From: a phage
Length of the DNA: 52,493 nucleotides
Reading direction: 5' to 3' (one strand)
NCBI GenBank assembly: GCA_017676125.1
Contig: GCA_017676125.1_4893.1
Positions 17,477 to 26,818 of this stretch are shown piece after piece; position 1 is the stretch's first letter; each line of letters starts with the position of its first letter. The notes under the pieces were generated by a model, which saw nothing but the letters and a program-made list of their open reading frames with translations, searched no databases and was not told the origin of the DNA. The position numbers were made by a program, and so were the translations under genes.

Positions 17477-18369
17477 GTGACATCTTTGCTGGAATTACTG
17501 ATGCTGCCAACAACTTGTACCAAGACGCCCGTGACAGACTCATGGGCGACGGTACAACCACCTTACGCTTCCGCAACTGCGGAGGTATTAAGATGGATGC
17601 TGTCACAAATGAAGAGCATCAGTCTGACCTTGACATCGCTGACAACGAACTTGAGTCCGGGGCTAAGGCTTCGGACCATGCTGCAGTACAACCAAAAGTT
17701 ATTACTGTAACTGGTGTGGTAGTTGGCTATATTGACGAGTCGATTCAAGAGTCAACAGTTAACGACGTAACCGGCTTACGGTCTATGGATTTCTTGGATG
17801 ATATTCAGCTTCCACAGGTAGTGTCTACTGTCCTCGAAGGAACAAGGGACTTTGCTGTTAACAAGCTAGTCTCATTCATAGACTGGGGCGGTTTAGACGC
17901 CACCATTTCACGCTCTTTAGTTCCATGGCTTCCTGACTTTAGTATAGCTGAACAACTTAAGTCTTCGGACAACATGAGGATTGAACAGGTATACCGTACA
18001 CTGCTGGATTTACAGAAAAACGTTATTTACTGTGACGTTGATACTGGTATCTTCAAGTATACGAATATGCTTTTGAAGTCTGTTCGTGTTGTGCAGGAGA
18101 AAGATGGTTCAGCTACGTTTACCCTCACGTTCCGTGAAGTCATTGAAGTACCGATTGTAGTTACAAACGCTGTAGCCGCTAAGTCGACAGGGCGCCCTGC
18201 TAATAACGGCACTAAGAAAAGCGGACGTGCACAAGGTCAGGGTGATGCCACCAGTAAGAAGGACATAAACACAACTACACCGATTAGCGAGAAACGTGTA
18301 AACGATAACCGCGGTTTTGGTGTAACACTCGGTGACATGTTTGGCTTTAACTTACGGGGTATATTCTGA
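17473..18369 (+). CDS. tail/baseplate protein (Mu gpN-like position, DNA circulation-like)
   Basis: 298 aa ORF coupled to tape measure stop; gene order matches Mu-like tail module. Confidence 0.45.
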   Translation: MSDIFAGITDAANNLYQDARDRLMGDGTTTLRFRNCGGIKMDAVTNEEHQSDLDIADNELESGAKASDHAAVQPKVITVTGVVVGYIDESIQESTVNDVTGLRSMDFLDDIQLPQVVSTVLEGTRDFAVNKLVSFIDWGGLDATISRSLVPWLPDFSIAEQLKSSDNMRIEQVYRTLLDLQKNVIYCDVDTGIFKYTNMLLKSVRVVQEKDGSATFTLTFREVIEVPIVVTNAVAAKSTGRPANNGTKKSGRAQGQGDATSKKDINTTTPISEKRVNDNRGFGVTLGDMFGFNLRGIF

Positions 18370-18761
18370 TGATATTTACCACAACTGCTTTCCTTGACAT
18401 TATAGGTAATGATGGTTCTGGTATTTATGACTTGGAACCTACCTCCGAAGGTAAGCAATCAATATCAATTTCTATCGCTGGATATACGTATAACATTGAG
18501 TTGTACTATAACACGGTAGGTCAGCTCTGGCAAGCTACAGTGACTGACATATCAAGTAATGCTGTACTTTGTTCCAGTTATGCTTTACAATATGGGCGTA
18601 TTGCTTTTGGTAACTGGGACACGCGTATAGCGTTGCTGGTAAGTGACAAATCCTCCAGCCGCATCGGTCCTATGACTACAGATGACATGGGAGGACGTTG
18701 CAGTGTCTACATCGTCGACAAAACAGCCTACCCGTCAGTTTGGCCGCGCGTTAAAGCTTGA
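18369..18761 (+). CDS. hypothetical tail protein
   Basis: 130 aa ORF, start overlaps upstream stop (ATGA). Confidence 0.4.
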   Translation: MIFTTTAFLDIIGNDGSGIYDLEPTSEGKQSISISIAGYTYNIELYYNTVGQLWQATVTDISSNAVLCSSYALQYGRIAFGNWDTRIALLVSDKSSSRIGPMTTDDMGGRCSVYIVDKTAYPSVWPRVKA

Positions 18762-19662
18762 GGTCAGCAACGGTAAAGATGAAGGCATAATCATCTCAAA
18801 TCTTCGTGTTACCTTTGACATTCAAAAGGGTAACACGAAGCATCCAAATAAAGCGACAATCACAGTGTTTAACTTGACTGAATCCAACCGTTATAAGTTG
18901 GCGTCAGGTACCTGGGACTACGTCCGTCTCTCTGTGGGTTACGGTCTTGACAACATAGTTTATCGTTTGATATTCGAAGGCGATATTACTCGTGCTAACG
19001 ACCAACGAAACGGCCTTGACATTCAGACTGTCCTCGAATGTGGCGATGCCCGTAAATCTTACAACGATGGTTTTGTTAATACGACACTAGCTGCTGGTTC
19101 TACGTATGACAGTGTTGTTGACGTTTGCCTGGCTAGCATGCCAAACGTTGAAGAAGGGTATGTCTGTCTTGACAGCAACAAACCAGCTTTCCTGAGAGCA
19201 CGTACTCTGTTCGGACAAACGCACAGTGTACTGGACCAGGTTGCTGCTGCCAACAAGGCTACCTGGTCTATACAAGACAATAAACTCAATATCATTCCTA
19301 ATGACTCTGTTACTGACTACGACGTTGTTGTGCTGTCAGAATCGTCTGGTATGATTGGTGCTCCTCGCGGCACAGACAAAGGTCTTGAGGTTACTTGCAA
19401 CCTGAATCCTAGCCTGGCCATCGGTGGTCTTGTACAAGTAAATTCTATGTTTACACAGTACAACGGACAGTATAAAATCGACACTATAAGATTTCGGGGT
19501 GACAATAAACCGAAAGGACCGTGGCGTGCTGATTTGACGGTTCTCGGTGGACAGTTTGCGAAGAAAGTTCGTCGACTCAAGAAGCCACGCAAACTGTCGA
19601 AGATTGAGTACGACTATGTTACTGAACCCGGTGTTGACAATACAGTAGGCGGAGGTAGCTGA
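18682..19662 (+). CDS. baseplate hub / tail protein (gpD- or Mu gpP-like)
   Basis: 326 aa ORF; alternative GTG start at 18703 preceded by GGGAGGA RBS; position before spike protein. Confidence 0.5.
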   Translation: MTWEDVAVSTSSTKQPTRQFGRALKLEVSNGKDEGIIISNLRVTFDIQKGNTKHPNKATITVFNLTESNRYKLASGTWDYVRLSVGYGLDNIVYRLIFEGDITRANDQRNGLDIQTVLECGDARKSYNDGFVNTTLAAGSTYDSVVDVCLASMPNVEEGYVCLDSNKPAFLRARTLFGQTHSVLDQVAAANKATWSIQDNKLNIIPNDSVTDYDVVVLSESSGMIGAPRGTDKGLEVTCNLNPSLAIGGLVQVNSMFTQYNGQYKIDTIRFRGDNKPKGPWRADLTVLGGQFAKKVRRLKKPRKLSKIEYDYVTEPGVDNTVGGGS

Positions 19663-20309
19663 TGTCAGCTATTGACTATAACACAGCAACACTTGACGAG
19701 GCCATTGAGGCTGCACTGTTTGCTGCAATGATTGGTAAGCGCCACTGTTTACCTGGCCGTATAGTATCGTTTAACAGCAACCTACAGACTGTTGTTGTTG
19801 AACCTATGGTTAGTGCCGAAAACGAAGATGGTTCAATGAGACCGCTACCACCAGCCGCTGACGTTCCTTTATTCCAGCTAGGTGGCGGTGACTTTGTTAT
19901 AACGCTTGAACCAAAGAAAGGCGACCCGTGCTTACTTCTTGTTGCCGACAGGTGTATTGATGTATGGTACGAGCTGGCTGAAAACGCTATACCAGGTGAC
20001 TTCCGACAGAATGACCTGTCAGACTGCTTCTGTCTTGTGGGCTTCAGACCTAAGCCTCTGAAGATAACAAACTGGATGGAAGGCGTAACTATCCGTAAGG
20101 TTGACGGCAGTCACTTTATCAATATTAATAATGCTGGCAAGGTATCGATAAAGGCTATAGCAGTTGACTTGCTTGATACACCAACACTTAATGCACCAAA
20201 CACAGAAGCCAAGTTTAAAGAAGTTGACATCGGCGGCGTTAAGATGTCCAAACACAGACACCAAGAAAACGGTGACGGTGGCGGTATTACTAATGGCCCG
20301 CAAAACTAG
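19662..20309 (+). CDS. baseplate spike protein (gpV/Mu gp45-like)
   Basis: 215 aa; C-terminal HRHQENGDGGGITNGP resembles the conserved C-terminal motif of P2 gpV-type spike proteins; gene order. Confidence 0.65.
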   Translation: MSAIDYNTATLDEAIEAALFAAMIGKRHCLPGRIVSFNSNLQTVVVEPMVSAENEDGSMRPLPPAADVPLFQLGGGDFVITLEPKKGDPCLLLVADRCIDVWYELAENAIPGDFRQNDLSDCFCLVGFRPKPLKITNWMEGVTIRKVDGSHFININNAGKVSIKAIAVDLLDTPTLNAPNTEAKFKEVDIGGVKMSKHRHQENGDGGGITNGPQN

Positions 20310-20319
20310 GTAACCCACA

Positions 20320-20691
20320 ATGCGAACTAGACGACTCGATTCAAACTGGGACTGGAATTTTGGGCGTGGCCGACTTGACTACGCCGATACGTCTGAGTCC
20401 ATTGAACAACGCATCGTGCAGATACTCCGCTGTTATACTATGGACTGGGTACATGACCTGGACTATGGCATTGACTGGTTCGGACTAATGGAGAAGCCTG
20501 TTCGATGGGCTGACCTGGAGGCTGCAATCAAGACAGCAATACTTGCGGAGTATGGAGTTAGTTCTATCGAGAGCTTTACCCTAAGCTTCGACCCTGACTC
20601 ACGTCACGCTGTTTATTCGGTTGAGGTTAATGATATTTACCACAACACAACCTCTATTAACAGAAGTATTAATTTAACCGGAGAAAACTGA
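20320..20691 (+). CDS. baseplate protein (gpW/gp25-like)
   Basis: 123 aa ORF between spike and J-like gene; size and position match gpW/gp25 family. Confidence 0.55.
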   Translation: MRTRRLDSNWDWNFGRGRLDYADTSESIEQRIVQILRCYTMDWVHDLDYGIDWFGLMEKPVRWADLEAAIKTAILAEYGVSSIESFTLSFDPDSRHAVYSVEVNDIYHNTTSINRSINLTGEN

Positions 20692-21863
20692 TGGGCTCTG
20701 TAACTAGCACAGGCTATGTTCCCGTCAAGCTCGACGACTGGATCAGCAGATTCGAAACGCTCTTCCGTCGTGTGTATGGCGCGGATATTGATTTGTCAGC
20801 TAAGTCTGCTGACGGACAAATGGTTGGTATTCTGGCGCAGATGTTTGCAGACCAGGACGAGCAAGTTGCAATTCTGTTTTCTATGCTTGACCCTAACCAG
20901 GCATCTGGTGTATACGTAGACCAGTTCCTTGCCTACGTAGCGCTTCAGCGTAAAGGCGAGATGTCAACGCTGTTGACCAGGGTTAAGATTGAAGGTGACC
21001 GTAACACTATTATACGTACTCCTTACTACGTAACTGACAGCTCGAATAACGTGTACCAGCTTAACTCCACTGTTGCGCTGGATGATAACGGTGTAGTCGA
21101 AACAAGCTTCAGTTCTGTTAAGACTGGACGCTTTGTCGTACTTGCAAACGATGAGCTTAAACCACAGACCATCGTTTCTGGTGTGCGTAAAGTTACCAAC
21201 ATGCAAGTGTCGTCTGGCGGTGCGTCCACTGAGCTCGACTCTGAGGCAATAGACCGTGCGTATAACTCTTACGGCAAACCTGGCACGAACAGCTTAGACG
21301 GTATTGTTGCTGAGATTCGTCAGATGACTGATGTTATCGCGTGTAACGGTTACGAGAACGAAGAAGATACTCGGGACCCGTTAACTGGCTTACCTCCTCA
21401 CAGTATGCAGATTGTTGTGGATGGTGGTTCGCCTGCTGCTATTGCTGACTGTATCTTCCGCCGTAAGACTAATGGCTGTAAGCAGATTGGCACTGTGTCT
21501 TATCAGATTACGGATAAGTCAGGTACACAGCGCACAATGAAATGGAGTCAGCCTACTTATGTTGAGGCTTATGCTTCACTCGTTGTAGCCCGTAAGGAAC
21601 TGTTTACCGACGTTTCCGAGGAGCTTATTAAGAATGCTATTCTGTCCAAGGTATACAATATCGGTGAAGAGGTATCAACCTACGAACTGGGTCAGCTAAT
21701 TCAAGAAGCGAATGGCGTAAGCCCTAACTTCTACATCAAGACTTTCTTTGTGGGTAAATCAGCTAATCCGTCGACAGATACGATTCTGCGTATCACTGCT
21801 CTTGAGCGTGCAATATTCGCTGCAGACCGTATCACTATTGCAGTGGTGAATGCTGATGGCTGA
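20691..21863 (+). CDS. baseplate protein (gpJ/Mu gp47-like)
   Basis: 390 aa ORF, start overlaps upstream stop; position in baseplate cluster. Confidence 0.55.
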   Translation: MGSVTSTGYVPVKLDDWISRFETLFRRVYGADIDLSAKSADGQMVGILAQMFADQDEQVAILFSMLDPNQASGVYVDQFLAYVALQRKGEMSTLLTRVKIEGDRNTIIRTPYYVTDSSNNVYQLNSTVALDDNGVVETSFSSVKTGRFVVLANDELKPQTIVSGVRKVTNMQVSSGGASTELDSEAIDRAYNSYGKPGTNSLDGIVAEIRQMTDVIACNGYENEEDTRDPLTGLPPHSMQIVVDGGSPAAIADCIFRRKTNGCKQIGTVSYQITDKSGTQRTMKWSQPTYVEAYASLVVARKELFTDVSEELIKNAILSKVYNIGEEVSTYELGQLIQEANGVSPNFYIKTFFVGKSANPSTDTILRITALERAIFAADRITIAVVNADG

Positions 21864-22509
21864 ATATCATAAACTACTTATTCAACAGTACGCTGATAAG
21901 CCAAAAGCTGTTGCAACTATTAAGGGCTTCGATGATGCAATTCAGGGTATATGGGACGGAGCCCAACAAGTTGTTGATAGCCTTAATATCGATAAAGCTT
22001 TTGGTAAAGGTCTTGATAATGTTGCAGCCCGCGTCGGCGCATCTCGTGTTCTCAAGAAAGGCGTAGACCGTAAGTTCTTCGGCTTTACTAACAAAGTACC
22101 AGACGTGCTTGGCTTCGGTGGTTCGTCTGGTAATAAAGGTGGCCCGTTCTATCGCTACGGCGCATCAGTATGGGACCCGGTAATTCTTGATGACATTGAC
22201 CTGCGTACTTACATCAAGATGAAAATCTGGAAGAACATGCAAGACGGTACTATGCCGTATCTAATTGACTTCCTGATTGAATTCTTCGGAATGAATAACT
22301 TCGTTATAACTGACAACGAAGATATGACAATGACTCTGGAGATATACAGTACTCTGACACCACTTAAGCAAGTGCTGATTCAGAACTACGATATACTTCC
22401 GCGCCCCACAGGGGTGAAGATTGAACTTAACACGAGCGTTGACGTCACGGATAGTCTGTACCGTTACGCTACTGTAAACTTACCAGCACAGGTGAATGTA
22501 TATGGCTGA
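21850..22509 (+). CDS. baseplate/tail protein (gpI/Mu gp48-like)
   Basis: 219 aa ORF overlapping J-like gene end; position before tail fiber. Confidence 0.5.
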   Translation: MLMAEYHKLLIQQYADKPKAVATIKGFDDAIQGIWDGAQQVVDSLNIDKAFGKGLDNVAARVGASRVLKKGVDRKFFGFTNKVPDVLGFGGSSGNKGGPFYRYGASVWDPVILDDIDLRTYIKMKIWKNMQDGTMPYLIDFLIEFFGMNNFVITDNEDMTMTLEIYSTLTPLKQVLIQNYDILPRPTGVKIELNTSVDVTDSLYRYATVNLPAQVNVYG

Positions 22510-23836
22510 TGTACAAACAAGACCCGATAACGACATCTTCGCCAGCTCCGCGGGTACTGGTGAACTGCTGCCGTTCGGTGACCTTGCTCGTGGCTGGGGT
22601 GCGACCCTTGGCTACTCAGAAGGTATTCCTCCGATGGAGTGGTTTAACTTTATTGGTAACCGTACTGACAAAGGTATCCACTACATCCTTCAGCAGGGTG
22701 TTGATATATGGGTAGAAACTGAGACCTACCCGGTTGGTGCACTGGTTAAAGTTAACGCCGACAATATGCTGTACCGTTGTCTGGTGCAGAACATTAATAT
22801 GCCACCGTCTGCTAACCCTACACAGTGGCGCCCTGTACTTGACCTGACTGCAGCAACTGCGGCAGCACGACAGGTTGGTAAAGCCTCTGGTAACGTAATC
22901 CAGGTCGGTGCATTTGGCTTAGGTGGCAACGCTGAGGTAGTTACTAATGCTAACAGCATTGTAAACGACGGTATCTACCAGCTTCCAGCGTCAGGTACGG
23001 GCGGACCTACTAACGGCGTTGAGACTGAGATTCTGCATATCAACTGGGATGAGAAAAACGCTTCACAGTGGGGACGCACCAAGGGTAAGCGCGTAATAGC
23101 CATGCGCGAGAAGGTTAACAATACTTGGGGCGGATGGTCATACTCTTACGGGCCTGACAATAAGCCTACTGCCTCTGAGCTGGGTATTAATCAGGACTTC
23201 ATCCCTATGGATGGTTCTGACTCAATCCGTGGCAACTTAGGTACTGTCGGCTGGTTGCATATTGCACGTACTACTTCCGACTTGCTACGTGCTGCTAACT
23301 CCGCCGGCGTAGGTACTGTTGAGTATTCTGGTAACATCGCAGGCGGTACTGCTGTTCAGGAGTTGCTGACTTCAGTTTCTGTAGCGGCTAACAGTAATGT
23401 TGTCACTGCTGCTCGCTGGGGATCTGTGCCTATGTCGCACATCCAACACATCCTTGTGGCCGGCGGTGCTACACAGATTAACATGGCGGTATGTCGCCCT
23501 GGTGGTATTGCCGACCGCCGTACAGTAGCTTTACAGGTGGATGGTCTTAATAGCCGAGTAACTACCACAAATAGCTTTATTTTATGTGAGAATGGTGTTA
23601 GAGTATATTCACCTAACAACCCGCAGCCTATCGATACTTCAGCCGGTAACGTTCGGGGTATTCGACTCGGCGCTCGTATTGCTGCTGGTGTATCCGAGTC
23701 AACGTTCTATCCTGGGCATGTAATGACTGGCTGGCGCTTCGGTAATAAGAAAGAGCTGCGCGGTGGTACATACTGGTCAGCGCCGTTACAGTATTATATC
23801 AACGGCACTTGGATTAACGTAAGCAACGTATCGTAA
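22496..23836 (+). CDS. tail fiber protein
   Basis: 446 aa, Gly/Asn/Thr-rich, follows baseplate genes and precedes two chaperone-like genes. Confidence 0.6.
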   Translation: MYMADVQTRPDNDIFASSAGTGELLPFGDLARGWGATLGYSEGIPPMEWFNFIGNRTDKGIHYILQQGVDIWVETETYPVGALVKVNADNMLYRCLVQNINMPPSANPTQWRPVLDLTAATAAARQVGKASGNVIQVGAFGLGGNAEVVTNANSIVNDGIYQLPASGTGGPTNGVETEILHINWDEKNASQWGRTKGKRVIAMREKVNNTWGGWSYSYGPDNKPTASELGINQDFIPMDGSDSIRGNLGTVGWLHIARTTSDLLRAANSAGVGTVEYSGNIAGGTAVQELLTSVSVAANSNVVTAARWGSVPMSHIQHILVAGGATQINMAVCRPGGIADRRTVALQVDGLNSRVTTTNSFILCENGVRVYSPNNPQPIDTSAGNVRGIRLGARIAAGVSESTFYPGHVMTGWRFGNKKELRGGTYWSAPLQYYINGTWINVSNVS

Positions 23837-23845
23837 AGGTTTATT

Positions 23846-24388
23846 ATGACTAAGCATAAGGTGTTCCGTAACTTTACCATGTACCATCCTGAGGTAACAG
23901 AAGAGAACGAGAACATTGTAAATGCTGGTGCAATCTTCCTCAAGGATGAGGAAGGTCGCGACTGGTATAATCTCGCAAAAGAGTTCGCTATCAAATACGA
24001 AGGCGCAACGTTCTTGCAGGTAGATAAGAACGGAGTTGTAATTGCGGCACATACCGACCCAACTATGTTCCATCCTGTGGGTTGCGATATGGTTGTAACG
24101 TACGACCCGCCTTTCAACATCTTCGAGACGGTTGGCGAATGGCTGTTTGACGGTAAAGAGTTTACGCTTAACGCACCAATGATGAAGGAGATTGCTCGTG
24201 AGCGTAAAGAACAAGCTCTGTCCATCGCTTCGACCAAGGTCAGTGTTTTACGTGACACAGTTGATAGTGGCAATGCTACCGATGAAGAAAAAGAGCTATT
24301 TGCTAAATGGCGTGATTACAGGATTGCTGTCAATCGTCTTGACATTAACCTTGGTTCCGCTATGGTTGTTCCACCTATGCCGGAGTAA
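23846..24388 (+). CDS. tail fiber assembly chaperone (paralog 1)
   Basis: 180 aa; clear paralogy with next ORF (shared ...F.NFT.Y.P...IFLKDEEG.DW..LAKE... pattern); position after tail fiber. Confidence 0.5.
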   Translation: MTKHKVFRNFTMYHPEVTEENENIVNAGAIFLKDEEGRDWYNLAKEFAIKYEGATFLQVDKNGVVIAAHTDPTMFHPVGCDMVVTYDPPFNIFETVGEWLFDGKEFTLNAPMMKEIARERKEQALSIASTKVSVLRDTVDSGNATDEEKELFAKWRDYRIAVNRLDINLGSAMVVPPMPE

Positions 24389-24391
24389 ACC

Positions 24392-24895
24392 ATGCAACTG
24401 TCATTTTTCAACTTTACAGAATACAACCCACAAAGGACGGCGGAGACACTTCCGCTGATTAAGCAAGGCGTTGTATTCATCAAGGATAACAATGGTAATG
24501 ACTGGCGCAAGCTGGCTAAAGAGCTGGCTAAGAATAAAGAGCTGGTTCATTACATTGTTGTGGACAAGTACAATGCTGTTGCCGCGTATGCTAACGACCC
24601 TACGCTACTGTTTCCTGTTAATTGCGATTTGCATATTGTTGAGTCTGTCCCTGTTGCTAAGTTTGCGGATTGCTATTACGAATGGTCGTACGTTAATGGC
24701 AAGTTTGTTAAGCACTCTGAACTGCAGAAGGTGATTGCAGAAGAACGCCTGCAGGAAGAACAGGCTTGGGTTGAAGGACAACTCGACACTGAAGAAGATG
24801 AGGAACGTATTATCGCTCTCCATAAATTCCGTGCCGATTTGTTGCTGCTTGTTATGTCAGATGCGCCGCATATCGACTGGCCTGTACGACCGTAA
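24392..24895 (+). CDS. tail fiber assembly chaperone (paralog 2)
   Basis: 167 aa; paralog of 23846-24388. Confidence 0.5.
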   Translation: MQLSFFNFTEYNPQRTAETLPLIKQGVVFIKDNNGNDWRKLAKELAKNKELVHYIVVDKYNAVAAYANDPTLLFPVNCDLHIVESVPVAKFADCYYEWSYVNGKFVKHSELQKVIAEERLQEEQAWVEGQLDTEEDEERIIALHKFRADLLLLVMSDAPHIDWPVRP

Positions 24896-24902
24896 CTAAT
24901 TG

Positions 24903-24942
24903 CTACCAGCAAGCTTGTGCAGTTGCTGGTAGTGTTTCTTTT
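24903..24942 (+). terminator. rho-independent terminator after tail genes
   Basis: Stem CTACCAGCAA/TTGCTGGTAG (24903-24932) with 10-nt loop, followed by TGTTTCTTTT. Confidence 0.6.
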
Positions 24943-24997
24943 ACGCTTGAGTCGTGCTATAATCCACTCTGGGTATACAATAAACCGGAGATATGGG

Positions 24998-25258
24998 ATG
25001 TTTGACTACAACGACAAGTCTTCCCTTATTGGCCAGTTTGTGGCTTGGGTAACAATAACAGTAAGTACTTTATCACTAAGTGATTGGGGTACTCTTATCG
25101 GTATACTCAGTTCCTTGGTGATGCTGATTGTTGTTACGTATAACCAAACACGGCGAACCAAAATTATGTCGGATTATTACAATCGTAAGAAGCCGATAGA
25201 GGATGAAGTCGCATCGAAAGAAGAGGTGTTGCGTGAGTCTGAAATCAGCAGCGACTAA
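24998..25258 (+). CDS. holin (two-TM, pinholin-like)
   Basis: ATG at 24998 preceded by GGAG; 86 aa with two hydrophobic segments and charged C-terminus; immediately upstream of SAR endolysin. Confidence 0.6.
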   Translation: MFDYNDKSSLIGQFVAWVTITVSTLSLSDWGTLIGILSSLVMLIVVTYNQTRRTKIMSDYYNRKKPIEDEVASKEEVLRESEISSD

Positions 25259-25778
25259 AGGAGGTTGTAGCGTGCTCGCTATCATCGGGCTTGTATTGTC
25301 GATGACAAGTACGCATGTACGTACTAATAAAGAAGGTCTTGAAATAATCGGTAATGCAGAAGGTTGTATGCGCAACCCGTATGTATGCCCTACTGGTTAT
25401 TTAACAGTTGGCATTGGTAGCCGCATCTACAGCGATGAGCCCGCTGTACGGCGCGAAGGCCTGACAGACCAGGAGATTGCTGACCGCTGGGTCAAGAATA
25501 TTCAAGAGGCCGAAAAATGTGTTAATGACTGGTTCCACGGTAAAGATATGAACACGAACCAGTTCAGCGCCATGACCTCTATGGTATTTAACCATGGTTG
25601 CACTAGACTCCGTAAGAACAAGGATGGTTCACCTACCAAAATATATACTGCTGCTCGTAAACAAAACTGGACTGAAATGTGTAACAGCATAACTGACTGG
25701 GATATGGGCGGTAAGTACAGGGGCTTGACAATACGTAAGCAAAAGGAAAAAGCGCTATGTCTAAAACCGGTGCAATAA
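25203..25778 (+). CDS. SAR endolysin (P1 Lyz-like lysozyme, GH24)
   Basis: LEIIGNAEGCMRNPYVCPTGYLTVGIG closely matches the catalytic region of phage P1 Lyz-type lysozymes; N-terminal Cys-containing G/A/S-rich weakly hydrophobic signal-anchor-release segment. Confidence 0.85.
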   Translation: MKSHRKKRCCVSLKSAATKGGCSVLAIIGLVLSMTSTHVRTNKEGLEIIGNAEGCMRNPYVCPTGYLTVGIGSRIYSDEPAVRREGLTDQEIADRWVKNIQEAEKCVNDWFHGKDMNTNQFSAMTSMVFNHGCTRLRKNKDGSPTKIYTAARKQNWTEMCNSITDWDMGGKYRGLTIRKQKEKALCLKPVQ

Positions 25779-26086
25779 TTGCAGTTATTCTCGGCCTCGC
25801 CATTGTGTTCCTGTCTTTGTGGGTACGTGAGCTGAAAGGTGATATTACCGACCGCGACGGTATAATCAAACAGCTTAACAAGACTAATGGCGAGTTGTCT
25901 GCTGCTAATCAAACGCTGATTAATTCTGTAAAGGATGAACGTGAGGCTTCAGCCAAACGCGCCAGTAAGATAGCTGAACTTGAACAACAACTGCGTGATA
26001 AGAAGGGTAAATATGACGAAGCAACAAAAGATGATTCGTGCGCTAATACCGTTGCTCCTTCTGCCGTTCTTGAACTCATGCGCTGA
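25757..26086 (+). CDS. i-spanin (Rz-like)
   Basis: 109 aa; N-terminal TM segment (AIIAVILGLAIVFLSLWV) followed by coiled-coil-like periplasmic region; follows endolysin. Confidence 0.65.
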   Translation: MSKTGAIIAVILGLAIVFLSLWVRELKGDITDRDGIIKQLNKTNGELSAANQTLINSVKDEREASAKRASKIAELEQQLRDKKGKYDEATKDDSCANTVAPSAVLELMR

Positions 26087-26288
26087 TAAGCCTGAAGTTG
26101 TTTATGTTGACAGGGTAGTCAAGGTTTATCCGCCTGGTGCATACCTGGTTAAATGCCATAAGCCTGAATTAACAGGTAATACCTGGAAGGCAATAGGTCA
26201 GTTAGCTATTGAACGTGGAACAGCTCTTGATGATTGTGCAGACAAGATGGACAGCATAATTAACTGGAGTAACAAAGGGGCCGAGTGA
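26013..26288 (+). CDS. o-spanin (Rz1-like lipoprotein), overlapping i-spanin in another frame
   Basis: ATG at 26013 (track ORF starts at TTG 25980); lipoprotein-like signal MTKQQKMIRALIPLLLLPFLNSC with Cys after hydrophobic core; overlaps 3' end of Rz-like gene. Confidence 0.6.
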   Translation: MTKQQKMIRALIPLLLLPFLNSCADKPEVVYVDRVVKVYPPGAYLVKCHKPELTGNTWKAIGQLAIERGTALDDCADKMDSIINWSNKGAE

Positions 26289-26305
26289 TGGCCCCTTTAT
26301 TTATT
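26274..26305. terminator. bidirectional intrinsic terminator between convergent late and early units
   Basis: AAAGGGGCC-GAGTGAT-GGCCCCTTTATTTATT: GC stem with A-tract upstream and T-tract downstream. Confidence 0.65.
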
Positions 26306-26528
26306 AGCGTTTTCCTTTCAGCTCGTTATACTGCGCACATGCAGCACACAGCACTGTACCGGGTAAAAGCTGACGTCGTTTTTCTTCAATGTCTTCCCCA
26401 CACTGGTAGCACGTCAGCGGGCTTACTCCGGTGTATCTTACTCGGTTCGATAGTGCTGCGTCCCGGGCAACTTGTTCAGCTTCAGAAGCCATATCAGTAA
26501 TGTCCGATGTGCGCATAGTCTCAATCAT
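26304..26528 (-). CDS. DksA/TraR-family C4 zinc-finger protein
   Basis: 74 aa; C-terminal CxxC-x17-CxxC (CYQCGEDIEEKRRQLLPGTVLCAACAQ) typical of TraR/DksA. Confidence 0.6.
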   Translation of the reverse strand: MIETMRTSDITDMASEAEQVARDAALSNRVRYTGVSPLTCYQCGEDIEEKRRQLLPGTVLCAACAQYNELKGKR

Positions 26529-26803
26529 TATTTTCCCTCTTCTTCACAATACAGGGTTTCTAATTCATCGCATAGCTGTTGCGTCCAGTAATCATCCTCG
26601 CCACGTATCTGGAAGCACAGCACAGGAATATCCTGTCGTAAAATATCGCTCTTGTAAATCTTTTTGGCAACAGCTTCTGGTTCTTCCTGGAATATCCTCA
26701 TAAACCAGTCCAGGCCTGACGTGCAGCCTGAGGCGTCTAGTATCTCCTTCGCCCTTAACTTAAGCGTTTCATCTACCTCATACTCTAAACCTATCTTAGA
26801 CAT
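26528..26803 (-). CDS. hypothetical protein
   Basis: 91 aa ORF translationally coupled between polymerase and TraR-like gene. Confidence 0.5.
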   Translation of the reverse strand: MSKIGLEYEVDETLKLRAKEILDASGCTSGLDWFMRIFQEEPEAVAKKIYKSDILRQDIPVLCFQIRGEDDYWTQQLCDELETLYCEEEGK

Positions 26804-26818
26804 ATTATAGACCTTTAA

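Noticed and set aside
25272-25778. Alternative GTG start (25272) for the endolysin with a strong AAGGAGG RBS
   Set aside because: The ATG at 25203 adds the Lys/Arg-rich, Cys-containing N-terminus expected for a P1 Lyz-type SAR endolysin; the GTG start would lose it. Alternative noted but not preferred.
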